Shown: piece by piece, positions 9,603-22,076 of the stretch
Numbering within the stretch: the stretch's first letter is position 1
Layout: each line of letters starts with the position of its first letter
DNA from: Pelomyxa schiedti
Lineage: Eukaryota; Protista; Evosea
Length of the DNA stretch: 32,158 bases
Assembly: GCA_020536535.1 (NCBI GenBank)
Contig: JAHLWZ010000994.1
Location: 1-32,158, forward strand
Direction of reading: 5' to 3'
Translations under genes and position numbers: made by a program
The notes under the pieces: model-generated
What the model saw: the letters and a program-made list of their open reading frames with translations, nothing else
The model's database searches: none
What the model was told of the DNA's origin: nothing

Positions 9603-12600
9603 TTAGTGCGCATTTGGGGTGCTTGACATGTAGAATTCAATAGTGGATTCAGTTTGGGCATACAGGTCGGCGTGGTCAAATGTGGGTTCATTCCATAGAA
9701 CACCATTGATGTAAACTTGTGATACATACACCTGTTAGAAAAGGGATGAGAACCTGTTCAAGTGTGGCAATGAGTGCTTACATTTGTGTCAGAATTATCG
9801 TTAGCGGTGATAGTGAGCAACCCTCCGTCCGGTCTGTGGAAAACAACCTTGTCGAACAGCGGTGATCCAAGAAGATAGGTGGAGGACCCGGCAATGGGGA
9901 AAAATCCAAGGGCTCCGAATGTGAACCACGCAGACATAGTGCCTGTTTTTGTTGGGAAGGAGTCAGTCGGGAACCGAATTGGGTGGTTGTCAACCATAAT
10001 CGTCGTTTCCTGGAATTCCTTCTGGGTAGGCAGTGAACCGGTGGTCAAGAAGCCATCTAACATGCCTGAATAATGGAGATGAGTCAGCAGGAAGCGGTTG
10101 TGGAGTAAAAGGCAACTTTTGTGTTAAATCTGTCCGGTTTGCAAAGTTGAAGAGATAGGGATACTGGATGTTGTGCTCGTTTCCAGCCCAGTAGTAAGGA
10201 TTTGGAGCCGTGTGAACGGGATCACTTTTGGATGATTCCATAAAAATGTCAAGTTGCTCGGCGAAAACTTCTGTTGAACCAAATAGGGCTATTAGGCCTT
10301 CAGGGTCCCAGGGGGCATAAAATCTGTAGTGATTTATACTTTTTTCCTTAAGGGAGAATGGCTCTGTACCTGTAATGCCATGCATCCCCTTCCACGTAAC
10401 GAGAATCTGCAGGGTCCAGGTACTGCCAGTCATACTTAGGGCAATCCCATATTCCATTGGTTGATTTTGGGCAGAAAAACCTACAAGGTAAGGTACTATT
10501 GTAGTCAACAGCCAAGATATCTGAATACTCACATGGTCTCGGGATTCCACACGTTTTTATAGTTTTTAGACCTGTTTGTGAATGTAGTAGCATCTTCTGC
10601 TTCTCCGATATCTGCTGCAAACGATCCCAGTGCCCAATCATCATAACTCAGAGGTTGTTGATTTCAAAAGCTTGAGTAAAGGAGCATACGAATAATCCTG
10701 TGTCAAAACGCAACCCACATCCTTTACGTCGCCAGGGATGTACCCAAGGTTTATCCAATCGTTGATGTCTATTAAAGGGAAGGAAAAATGGAAAAAAACA
10801 CTCCGAACTCACCAACTCTACTGTCGTATTGTTGAGTTTCAGTTGCTGCGTATTTCATTGCTGCATAGGTAGCCTCAACATCGAAGTCTTGCACACCTAA
10901 AGTTACAATAAATCTACTATGTGGAAATATCATAGAAAGGTTAACCTTTCTTCCATGCATCAACAATGACTATGATGGCATGTGTTCCACACACTGGATT
11001 TCGTTAAATGGGAGAAGAAAAAAAAACTGTATTTAACTGCATCCAGTGTATCCATAAGCCATGGGCCACCTACCAATGATTGGAAAAAGTAGGGGAAAAA
11101 AGGATAGAAGAAACCTCGGTAAACTTCCACCTTGCTGATACATTAGTGTAAGTGATCTAACGGAATCCCTGGCAACATCAGGAGCCACAAGTGTAAGCCA
11201 AGGTGCTTCCCTTTGGAAGATCAGAGAAGCTCTGTATTAGATGGGTATTAACGTTCGGAATGTGTCCCAAATAGACATGTCACTAAGAAATCTATCCTGG
11301 CCACTAGGCAATTGGTGCAGTGACTTGTCAAATCCAATGTAGTTTCCACCTTAAAATTGTATTTATTTCTTTCGTTTTTCACAGCAATACCCTCTTCAGA
11401 AAATGTTGTTGGTGCAAGTAAAGTATGGTATAAAGCCGTATAAAACTATAAAAAGTGACAAGGTCTTCTGTAAAATAAAAGTAAAACCTTTATTTTATTT
11501 GTGTGGGTGCCATCAACTTCAAACATATTGAGGTAATCTCTCCAAACACCCTGCACTTGTGAGAATCGGGTAGAGCAAATACCTGCGTACCTGAGTCTGA
11601 TCTAATGCAGAATCAAAAGATAGGCCATTGATTTGTTTGAGATTTAGTCTTGCTTGTTCTATGCTAATTGACGAAATGCCAACATAGATCTACAGATTGT
11701 TACGTCAAATTACAATTCCACTCTAGATACCTCAACAGTTGAAACATCTTTTGGGAACACAATATAGGCTCCACTAATACAGATTATTCTATTGCGGTAC
11801 TGGTTTAGCCTACCTACTATTCAGTTGTTGTCTTCCACAACCGGAAGTGTATGTTGCGCCCTCTAGAACCTGGGAAAATGAGATCTGAAGTACTTATGGT
11901 ATAGGTGTTACCTGATTTCCATCCCATACTCCATAAAGCTCAAAAGGGAGGTTGGATTGAGCAACGAAATATGTTGTAAAGCCACCATATCGGCCAGAAA
12001 GTTCTCCAATCTCCTGAATCCACCCTGATATCTTCACATAGCGGATAAGAGTGGTGGTGTCATTGTGATTCCTACCTCATTATTTAATGGATCAATGAAA
12101 GTTTCTGTGTCACCACAGGTATTGTCACTCCAAGCGTCTTCAGAAAGAGTATACCTTTTTGCATGTATTTGTTGATTTCTTTTCCAGTATTCTCCAAAAT
12201 TCTTACGTAGTATCAAATAAAACAACTCGCTCAGTGGTGGAGTCACCAAGATACGAGTACCTGATCACTTGTCAGTTGCAATTTTTAAGAGAGACTTTAA
12301 CCTGTGGAGACCAACATAATCTGTAGCAGTAAGTTCTACCCTGCAGTCTCGTTACTAAGACATAAAAGTTGAAGAGAGTACTTGATGTTTGGATCCTCCA
12401 AAGTAACAGAATAATAACCGGGTTCAATTGTTTCTGAAGAGTGGGAGAAATTGGATCGAAACCCAAACCTCGTCAAGTCCTGGAATATGTCAGAGAGATG
12501 ACGAAATAGAAGGCTATAACATCAGAGGTAGGCAAGCGATTCATTGGCATCACGCCAATAGAGCCTTTTTGAGGGGAGTGACCAAATGAAAGGGGAATTC

Positions 12601-13048
12601 GCTATTAGTACCGTAATCTGGAAGCCCAGCACCAACCAAGTGTGTATGTGAGAATATACGAATGTAGTTGTCTCCCCAATAATATCCTCCTGCAAGTGTA
12701 CAAAGTATGTGAGTATGTTACTTTGGTTGCCATTGGGCAATAGTAATTGATACCATTGTGCCTCCACACAACATTGAAGTTATCCATTTCGCAGGTGTCT
12801 GGCCCAAGACGAACCAACCCAAAAGGTGTCTGTGGTCCTGGTGGTAATGCTCCAATCCTGAACCAAACAAACAAGAAGGAAGCTCATTTAATAGGGAAAA
12901 AAAGAAAAAACCAAATTACAAACAAGGGAGTCTACCCGTATCCAGTCCCATAAGTTCCAATCAAGGTATTGACGTAGGTAAGAGGATCGATACCCACCGC
13001 AACCACAGCCACAATCCCAGTCAAAACTACCACCCAACGAACCGTCAT
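9603..13048 (-). CDS. Glycoside hydrolase family 92 alpha-(1,2)-mannosidase, secreted, many short introns
   Basis: Signal peptide MTVRWVVVLTGIVAVVAVG, then DPLTYVNTLIGT, PGPQTPFGLVRLGPDT, FSHTHLVGAG, SIWDTFR, YVEGDAWHY, YWAGNEH and GIPGNDDYGTMSAWFTFGALGFFP. Stop at 9603-9605. Confidence 0.93.
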
Positions 13049-13267
13049 GGGTTTGTTTTTTTCGTAGTTACCCCTTTTCTCAGATTGATTGTTGCACCTT
13101 CTCCTGTTTGGGACTAATCGAGGAACTGGCCAAGCCTCAGCGTCATGAGCAAGCTGATGTGTCACTCCCCATCGAGCCTCGATGTATCCTTCAGAAGACT
13201 GAATCGGAGAACGTGCGCGGATCTGGTTAATCCCAGTTTTCACACTAAAAGAAGGGGCTCGGAATAA

Positions 13268-13507
13268 ATGGTGCGTATAAGCAGACAACTACGCTCAAAA
13301 TGCTCGGCCACGTCCATCAAACAACTCGTCATTTTTTTGTCATAGAATAGGTCGTTGTAACACAGTCCCCCTTTTTTTTTTCTTTGTGTTTTGGCAGGCC
13401 CGAAAACCGGAAGAAGTCATAGCGACCTTTATCAGTGAAGACACTGAGGTACTTAGATCTCTTGTTGCTTCTTTCCATCCTATCAGACATGGTGACTCTC
13501 TTGTTCT

Positions 13508-13548
<41 letters not shown>

Positions 13549-16500
13549 TTGCTGCAATCACTAGATGTTGTCAATTGGGTCTCAAAACAGATAACCATTG
13601 AGGGTGATGTTACGTTTGCAATGGCTGTATACCTGCACCATGCACCAGTAGAAATGGGAGCACTACCAGCCAGTGAGCCACACTCTCACTCAGATTCACC
13701 CCAACCATCTGCATCCACTCTGCGTTCTTCATCCCTCTTTCGTGGTGTTCAAATGGTGGTGTTCATTGTCAACTTAGCACATTTGGGGTGTTCTGCTGGA
13801 ATTGCCGCAATGGAGCACAGACTGGAACAGTTGGAAGAGGCAATGCCTTCAAAATGCAAACTTGTTTTGTGTGGCCTGGATTTCAGACCTGCAGACGAGA
13901 CTCAAACAACTTCATCAACCACGACAAATTCAGATGCGGCACAATACCCTTGTGTGGGCATTGATGGCAGAGGGGATACTGATTGCTGGAATGATGTCAA
14001 GGAAGTGTTGGACTCGTTGGATCATCAAACTTGCAACATGCTCAGGTTTTTCAATGTTGGAGACCAACTTGCCACATTGGAGTTTTTTGAGGATTTGTAT
14101 TATCTATCCAAGACCTCCAAGAGGTAGTCTGTGTCACATCTTTACATCATTGCTGTATCCCTCAGGAATAACATTTAAATAAAAAAAAGGCGATCATGGA
14201 CTTACACAATGCCAGGATTGCTTAAAGAACGTGTACCTCATTTCTCCGAAAAATTAAACACACTTCTCAAGCACAAATCGCACCCAAATCACTATGAGGA
14301 ACTTGACAAATTGATCCATGAGGCAATTTTCTCTGAGCACATAAAACTCAGTGACTTAATTCGTCTATTTATAAGTATACTTCAAGTAGATTTCTTTCCA
14401 ATCTCATTACTCCTTTTCAAGTGAAAAAACTCGATCGGAAATCATTTGCATATCTCTTCAGCCATTTTCCTCATATTCAAAATTGGCCTGTTGCACAGCC
14501 ACCAACATACCAGTTTATGTTTCACTCACAACTTATTAAATCAACTTTCGACTGGGCTTCAGGTTTCCTATTTGCAAGAAGTTTATGTATTCTCATTTCT
14601 TACAGAAAATGTTCCTCAGTACTCGAAAGTGCCGGCTGAGGTTTCAATGCCTTTCCTCCTTTTATCTGTGGTCCCTGTAGGTAGGTTTCCGAAAACCAGA
14701 GGTTTTTTTTTAATGCATCCACATCAGAACAACTTTTTGGAACACAGATAACAACATTGAATTTATCTCACAACAGACTTTCCCAAGTGCCACACAATTT
14801 TTTCCAGGAAGCAAAGTGCCTGAAAGTTTTGGATTTGTCATGTTTGTTCCTCCCTCTAACATACATACCTAATATTTTTGAAGGGAACAAGTTGATTTCC
14901 CTGTCTGAGACCATTTCGAAATGCCTTGAACTTACCGAACTGAATGTTGCATGCTATTGCCATTGCCATTCTAATTTCCCTAGGTTGAGCACAATGACCT
15001 TACAAGTTTGCCAGATTCTCTTGGTGACTGCCTTCAACTGACTTTATTATGTGGTCACAATAAAGTGTGTACTACGTTGCATGAAATACAACTCACTTGA
15101 TCCAATTAGTTGCCTTCTCTGCCATTCACCCTTGCTGGCCATGTGCGTCAGCACAAATTACATTACCTTCCAAACCCACTTGAGAACATGCGAAAATGTA
15201 ATTCGTCAGAAGAAATGGCTGACTATTTAGATGAACTTGCGGCTAGTGGAATAACCCGCTGGAATAGAGTGAGACTCATGATTGTGGGATCAGTGAGCTC
15301 AAATTACTATGGCTTCTTTGTCACTTCCAGTACAGGAAAATGTTGGAAAAACGACTTTAACCAAGAAATTTCAGGGTTTAACACATACTGGCATTTCAAC
15401 AGGTACTATGGTGAAGTAAATTATGGTCTTACATGTACAGATGGCATAGAAATAACAGATCTTCAAATAAGAGATGTTACCTTCACTGTTTGGGGTATTT
15501 TCGCAATTTCTTACTCTTTTACTCTTAAGCAGCTTTTTTTTCACAGATTTAGGAGGTACTGTTCCACATCTCAGGCGAAAATAATTCTTAAAAAAAAAAA
15601 AGGTCAGAGTGTCTTTTTACCTACCCACCAGGTAATACCAAGCTTCCATGATCCTTCAATAATCCCTTATAGTTCTTCCTTACTGGTCGTGCTCTATACC
15701 TTGTTCTTTTCAATCTCCAAACCCCTGACACACTTCGGATTGAGTACTGGTTGAGGTTGGGACTGATTGTAACTATCTGTTTAACTCTCCACACAGACAA
15801 ATTGCTCGTACTGTAAAGCAACCTCCTTCACCTCCTGTTATATTAGTAGGAACACATGCCGATCTTTTTACAGAAGAATCTGCACGTATTTCTTGCCAGT
15901 CAATATTCAAATTATTCCGCTGTATTGGATCCCTGGTGGACTGTGTTCCTGTCAGCACCCTGGAGGGGAAAATCGGAGAATTGCAGAATTCTATCATAAA
16001 AACATCTATTTCCAAACAGATGTTGCTTAGAGAGCGGGTCGACTTCTTCCACCACAACACATTTTTCCAACTACAAGCAGGTTCCTGGTAGCTGGATTCT
16101 CCTCGATAAAGAAATTACCAAAAAGCGTGCTACTTGCAATACCCTTCAATGGGGAGAGTTTGTTGAATTGGCAAATCAAGTTCAAATAACTGAGGAGTCC
16201 AAAATCAAACAGGCAGGCATTGAAATTTTTTTTCAAACTAATGAACCAAGGCTGCCCAATTTCTTCACTCTGTTGGGTCTCTGATTTTTTATGAAAACAG
16301 TTATTCTGACCTTGGCAAACTTGTGGTCTTGAATCCGCAGTATTTAGCTGGTATTTGCTTAATGACATTGTACTCTACACTCTAACTTGAGGTTAAGATT
16401 TGATGTGCACCATGATAACATTTAAGGTAGCTTTTCCTAATGTAAAACGCCCAAACAAATAAAGACTACCATGATTATTAATGGATTCATCCCCCGTGAT

Positions 16501-19500
16501 GGTTTACTCCACATATGGAGCAAGTATGATCTCAAAGATCACAATTCCTTGATAGGTTAGATACTTGTGATATTTCACTCTTACATAGTTTTTCATTCAG
16601 ATCTTTTATCTTTGTACCTTATTATACATCCAATAACGTTGAATGATGGGAAAGAAGGATTTTTAGTGCCTTGGTTTTTTCATAGTGGTTTTTGCAATCA
16701 GTTTATTTGCCTTTAGTGCCCTTCCTGAGGAAGAACCTGCTGATGCAGTGAAAATATGGCCTCCTTTACCTCCTGATAGATTTATACAATACGGTTTCAT
16801 ATCTTACCAAAATTTAACTAATTGGGAGCAGAACGTACATTCATATTCCCATGTTTACCTATGGGCATATTTGGAAGACTTCTTGTCCGAATCCTTCATT
16901 TTAATGGAATTGGAAGAAAAGCTTTTTGGAAAAATAATATCCGTTTGGAAATCATGACTGCATTTGGTAAACAAATTTCCGTATTGGGAAGAAAATCATA
17001 TAATTCTTTCAAGATGCTAGGTGTCAGAGTCTGTCTGTCTTTTTTGATTGCACTTCAGGAAACAACCCAGGGCTTTTCATTAGAGTTCGTGCTCATCAAG
17101 ATTTAGTATTCTACTTGCCCATTCACATCCATTTTACCTAATGGATCTGAAAGAGACCCGACGTACTTTCAGATGTTTTGGAATGTGTGGACACAACTGT
17201 GGAATGCTTCTATAAGTAAGCTCATAATCGTCTCAATTTTCATATTGAAAATCTGAAGATCACTCGAGCTGGACATTCACAAATTCATAACGTGCAATCA
17301 CTGCCCCCTTCCAGTTAGCCCCACCACACCACAGCCATACCAATTTACTTTAGCGGAAGTCATTGAATCCATATCAGGTCATAAAACACTTGTTTGCAAA
17401 GTAACTTCCTTTTTGGCTCCTCAAAAAAATAATAGCACATTAGAATGAAAGTATTCAACTGAGGTTAGACAAACTTGCACCAGAACTGACATTGGGCAAC
17501 CAAAGCCAAATCACCAAGGAAAGCATAGCAAATCTTACAATGATTGCTTCTGGAGGCTTTGGAAAAGTCTACAAAGGTTCTTTCTCCCTCTAATTGTAGA
17601 AATTAGGTGACGACAATCAGGAGAAATGAATGGGGAAGTTGTGGCAGTAAAAGAGCTTCTCTTTCATGAGGGTGACGATCCCAAAGAAAAATTTGCCGAA
17701 TTTAGAAAAGAAGCTATGTTGATGAGGTAAAAGTTGCAAAAGCTTCACTCCTTCAACCATCTTTCAGTTCGCTTGATAACCCCTATGTTGTCAAACTTTT
17801 TGGGGTATGCCTTACACCTCCAATGATGGTGATGGAATTCATTCCCAATGGGACACTTTTTGATCTCCTGCACAAACCTTCAACAACTCCACAAAGTACA
17901 GCCTACTTCCTTTATTAATCTTACATCCCCAGCTTTTGAATCATCATCTGCGTCACCACTGGATGTGTTTCCTAGCAAAGATGAAGATTTTCATTTCCCT
18001 ATGAAGTATTTCCCATTCTTCAATCACAATATCTTAATAACTTTTAATGTCTCCAAACCCAGTTGGAGATTTCGCCTACTCCTTGCCTTGGATATTTCCC
18101 GAGGGATGAATTATTTACATTCTCTGAAACCACCAGTTGTGCATAGAGATTTACGGAGCCCAAATATATTTGTAGTTATTCATTGTTCCCTAACACTACT
18201 GATGTGATGCAGATCTTATCCCTTGATCCAACAGCTCCTGTTAGAGCTAAAGTTGCTGACTGTATGCCCCTTTTATTTTAAGGACTACAAGCAATTCTTT
18301 TTTCAAATTATACCCTAATATTAATGTCCTTTCTTTCATTTTCAGTTGGGCTAAGTGTCAGAGCAGCGGGGAAGGTTGCTGGAAATTTAAGTACCTGGCA
18401 GGTTCACACCCAATAAAGACTTCTACCTTGTTCATTATTACAGTGGTTAGCTCCCGAAGTGATTGATTGCCATGCAGAAGACTATGATGAAAAGTCTGAT
18501 ATATTCAGCCTTGGTATTGTATTCTATGAACTCGCAACAAGAATGTATCCCTATGATGGCATGTAACTTTCTAGCCCTCCTTAGTGGTAATAAATATCAG
18601 AATATGCTGAGAATCCCAAGTATTCTCGGAAAAAAGGTACCAGTATAGAATGGCGGGAACAAAATATCAAGATTGCTATATCACAAGAGGGCTTGCGTCC
18701 TACAATCCCTGAAACTGCCCCAAAGTATGGGTCCACTGCACTCTTTAACTTAACAGTGCACATTAGAATTTTCGGGGAAATTATGCACAAATGTTGGAAC
18801 CGGGTGCCAAATTTGCGGCCTTCAGCTGAGGAAATCGCCTTTCAACTTGAGGGGATGCTTGAAATTCCACATACACCCACAGAAGAAAAAGAAGCTGAGC
18901 AAGGTTTATTTCTCTTTCTTTGTATTAATACTGAGTTATACACAACAAACAAGGCCCCGAACTTCCTGAGTTACCAGAAGAATCTCCTTTATGGCAGATT
19001 TTTGACGAGGCCAAGTCCTGGTGTATAACTGAAAATGCTGGTGCCCTATGGGTTAATATCACGCTTTCTTTTTTCCCTTACTGATAACACTTGCAAGCTC
19101 TCATTTGCTGATGGAACAGTGAGACGATTGTCTAAAACCAAGGGAACCATTATTGGTTCAAGTCTGGATTTGGAGCACAAAACTAGGATATACAGTATTA
19201 TTTTCGTCAACAATGAATTGTGGGCAAGCACTGAACTCGGGATTGTAATGATATTTGACTTGGAGGTGCATGTCCAAAACTCGCTATTCTTTCTCTAACA
19301 GCCAGAAGACAATGAAAAAAAAGGAAGAGCTTCCTCTGCATAAGTTCAAGCAGTCCATATCCCAACTACTGTATGTATCTGTAAAAGACACACACCGCGT
19401 GTGGAGCTCCTGTCCAACTGAATATACAATCGTGGCAGTTGAGCCATTGGTAATATTGAAGACACCTTGAAGTTGATAACTTTTTTCTGCAGTCTCGTGA

Positions 19501-21905
19501 GGTTGTCAATAGAGTCACCTTTGATAAAACTGTTAACGTCCACTTTCTCGTGTTCTGTGATTGTGATGAGACAATCTGGGTTGGTTGCTTGAATAAAATA
19601 GTGATTCTGGATGCCTTAACAATGACCATTCAACGATCGATCACTGGTTTTGTTCTTATGACGAACGGAACCTATTAATTACCCTTTGCAGATATTGTCA
19701 GTAGATTTTCATCATGTGTTTATCTGAATAAGCAAGTATGGGGTGCAACGAAAGGGAAAATTCTTGTTTTTGACTGTGAACATAAAGTAAGGCTTTCACA
19801 TATTCATTCCTCTAACTTGGCGTTAGAATCTTGTTGCCACCCTTGTTGGTCATGAAACGGACATTTCGTGGCTTCAAACATGTGAAGGGTATTACGTTTT
19901 ACATGGAAATTCTATAACGTTCATGGAAACAGGTATATGTGCTCATGTGACCAAGAGGGCTCGATAATTTTCTGGCATCCAAGACACTTTACCGCTGTTA
20001 AAACTATAACAATAAAAGGTTGTTTTATTACCAGAATGTTTTATTTTTCCAGGTAATCCTTGAATTATTTTTGTTACCTGAAATTCATTTAGCCTCCTAT
20101 TTTATACGTTTGTTCATCCCAACTCTGGTGTTGGTTGTTACTTGTTGGGAAAACTTCCTTGTAAGTTCTTGACTTCTGTACATAATAACTAACAAATCTT
20201 AAGCTTTTCCAGAGGAGGATCCTCTTTTGGAGATAACTTCTTTAGGCAGTAGTACTGATGGTACCATCCGACGGAGGGTACCTTCTTCAGAAATTACTCC
20301 TTCTTTTTGGCAGGAGACTCACCAACCAAGAACATCCCCCCCTCTGCATGATCCTGAAGGGCTTTCTGTCTCCGCCCCTGGTGCGAGTACGCCACCTCAT
20401 TCAGCTACATCCGCACTTGCTCAGGTTCGGCGGCGGGCCACATTTTTAAGTCTTCGTCATAGCCATGGTCACACCAAAAGTATGTCTGTTTCAGGTCCAA
20501 TTTTCAGTTGTACCTCACCCCCAAATAACCTGTCACCACCATTATCCACTTCGTCCTCTTCTCTATCCCCCAGGAATGGGGAACCTACAGATCAATTTTG
20601 TGCCCCCGCAAAGCCCTTACCTACAAAAATTGGCCACACACACATTTCACAAATACCATCATCACAGAGTTCTCCAACCATAAGTACAACCAAAACCCGT
20701 GCACTAGGGTCTTCGTTTTTCCTCTCAATGAGGAAAAAGGCTCCAACTCCTCCACCGTCAGAAAGGATCACCGGCGAGCCTCCCTGTATTCCTGAGACAC
20801 TAAGAAATCACCCAGAGAGAGATGAGATCAAACCAATTCATCTAGATACTACTAAGCAATCTCGGCACAGTACTGAAAATCTGGAAGCCAAACTCGATTC
20901 GACAGTTCCTGAGAAGCTTCCGACACCTGATACTAGCCCTGAGCCAGAAACAAAAAAAGAATCACCAAAAAGAGGGCGAGCACTGTCGAGACATGAAATT
21001 GAGCCGTTAGAAACAGGGGAAAAACCAGTTTCAACACAAGGAGAGAGTGAAATGAATAGTGGTGAAAACACTACCAAAGTTGAGAAGCAGCTACTACGAG
21101 AGACAAGAATGAAAGCAAGGGATATTGAACGAGCTCTCTCAGAACTTCGGGCTTCTTCATCTCAGGAACCAATTGACGTGCTTGCAGTGCTTTATGGCGA
21201 TGGTACTCACTTGGAAGAAAGAGTCACAAAAAATATTGAGAGGGAAGAAAGAAAGAAAGCGAGAGAAGAAAGAAAGAAACAAAGGAACAAAGAAAGAGGA
21301 AGTGAAACAGGGGGAGGAACAGATGGCAGGACAACACCTTCAGACGATATATCTACAGCAAGCTCTGTGACAAGTACACTGGAGAGCAAACCGGATTCAC
21401 CAAGAGAGAGCGAGGGAAATACCGAGTTGGAAAAAAAACCCAAAAAACGGCACCACCGGCAGCACTCACGTGACCATTCACACGATGAAACACCCAGTGT
21501 CACACCCGACACCCAAGGAATCCCTGGAGGGGAACCGAAGCCACAGCCTGACCAGCCTGGCTCTGAACCTACTGAAACAACATCACCGCGAGAGGCTACT
21601 GAACCAAGCGGCGATGGTGCATCACTGCTTTCACCCAGGACACCACGCTCACACGGCCACACACACAGCCATTCCCACAGCCACACCCATAAAAAGGCAC
21701 ACCACTTCAAGTCTACCACGTTGACAAGTGACACACCCTGCAAGCACTGCAGCGGCACAATAACAGGTCAATCCCGCGACCTTGTTGCTTTACTAACTTG
21801 AAATTAGGTTCTGTGGAATCAAAAGTTTATCTCTGTACACTATGTGGGTTTGCTTTCCACAAGGAATGCATGGAGTCGGCTAAAGCCACAGCATGCGATT
21901 CCTGA
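13268..21905 (+). CDS. Roco/LRRK-family protein: degenerate GTPase-like N-terminus, LRR, Roc, COR, TKL kinase, beta-propeller-like region, low-complexity linker, C1 domain
   Basis: LRR: LNLSHNRLSQVP. Roc: RVRLMIVGSENVGKTT...STDGIEI...VWDLGGQSVFLPTHQFFL...VILVGTHAD. COR: LPMGIFGRLLVRILH. Kinase: IASGGFGKVYKG, VAVKEL, HRDLRSPN, DFG, WLAPE. C1: HHFKSTTLTSDTPCKHCSGTITG|SVESKVYLCTLCGFAFHKECMESAKATAC, stop at 21903-21905. The start codon is uncertain and not every LRR, COR or propeller junction was resolved. Confidence 0.88.
13510..13544 (+). repeat. Poly-T homopolymer (35 nt) inside an intron
   Basis: Directly visible. It lies between the GTGACT donor (~13492) and the CTAG acceptor (13564). Confidence 0.9.
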
Positions 21906-22076
21906 GATTTCCCTCACGCAAGAACCACTGTCTCCCACAATTTTGTGCTCTACACCACCTGTATAAAACTTGTGGTGATAGGTTCATAATGTACAGGATT
22001 TCCGTCTAGTGGTGTATGATTTTTGACCGTTTTATTTTTAAACAAACTCTGGCCCTTGGCTTCTTTTTTTTTTTTC

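Noticed and set aside
13329-13601. Poly-Lys and poly-Phe ORFs
   Set aside because: They are translation artefacts of the intronic poly-T tract.
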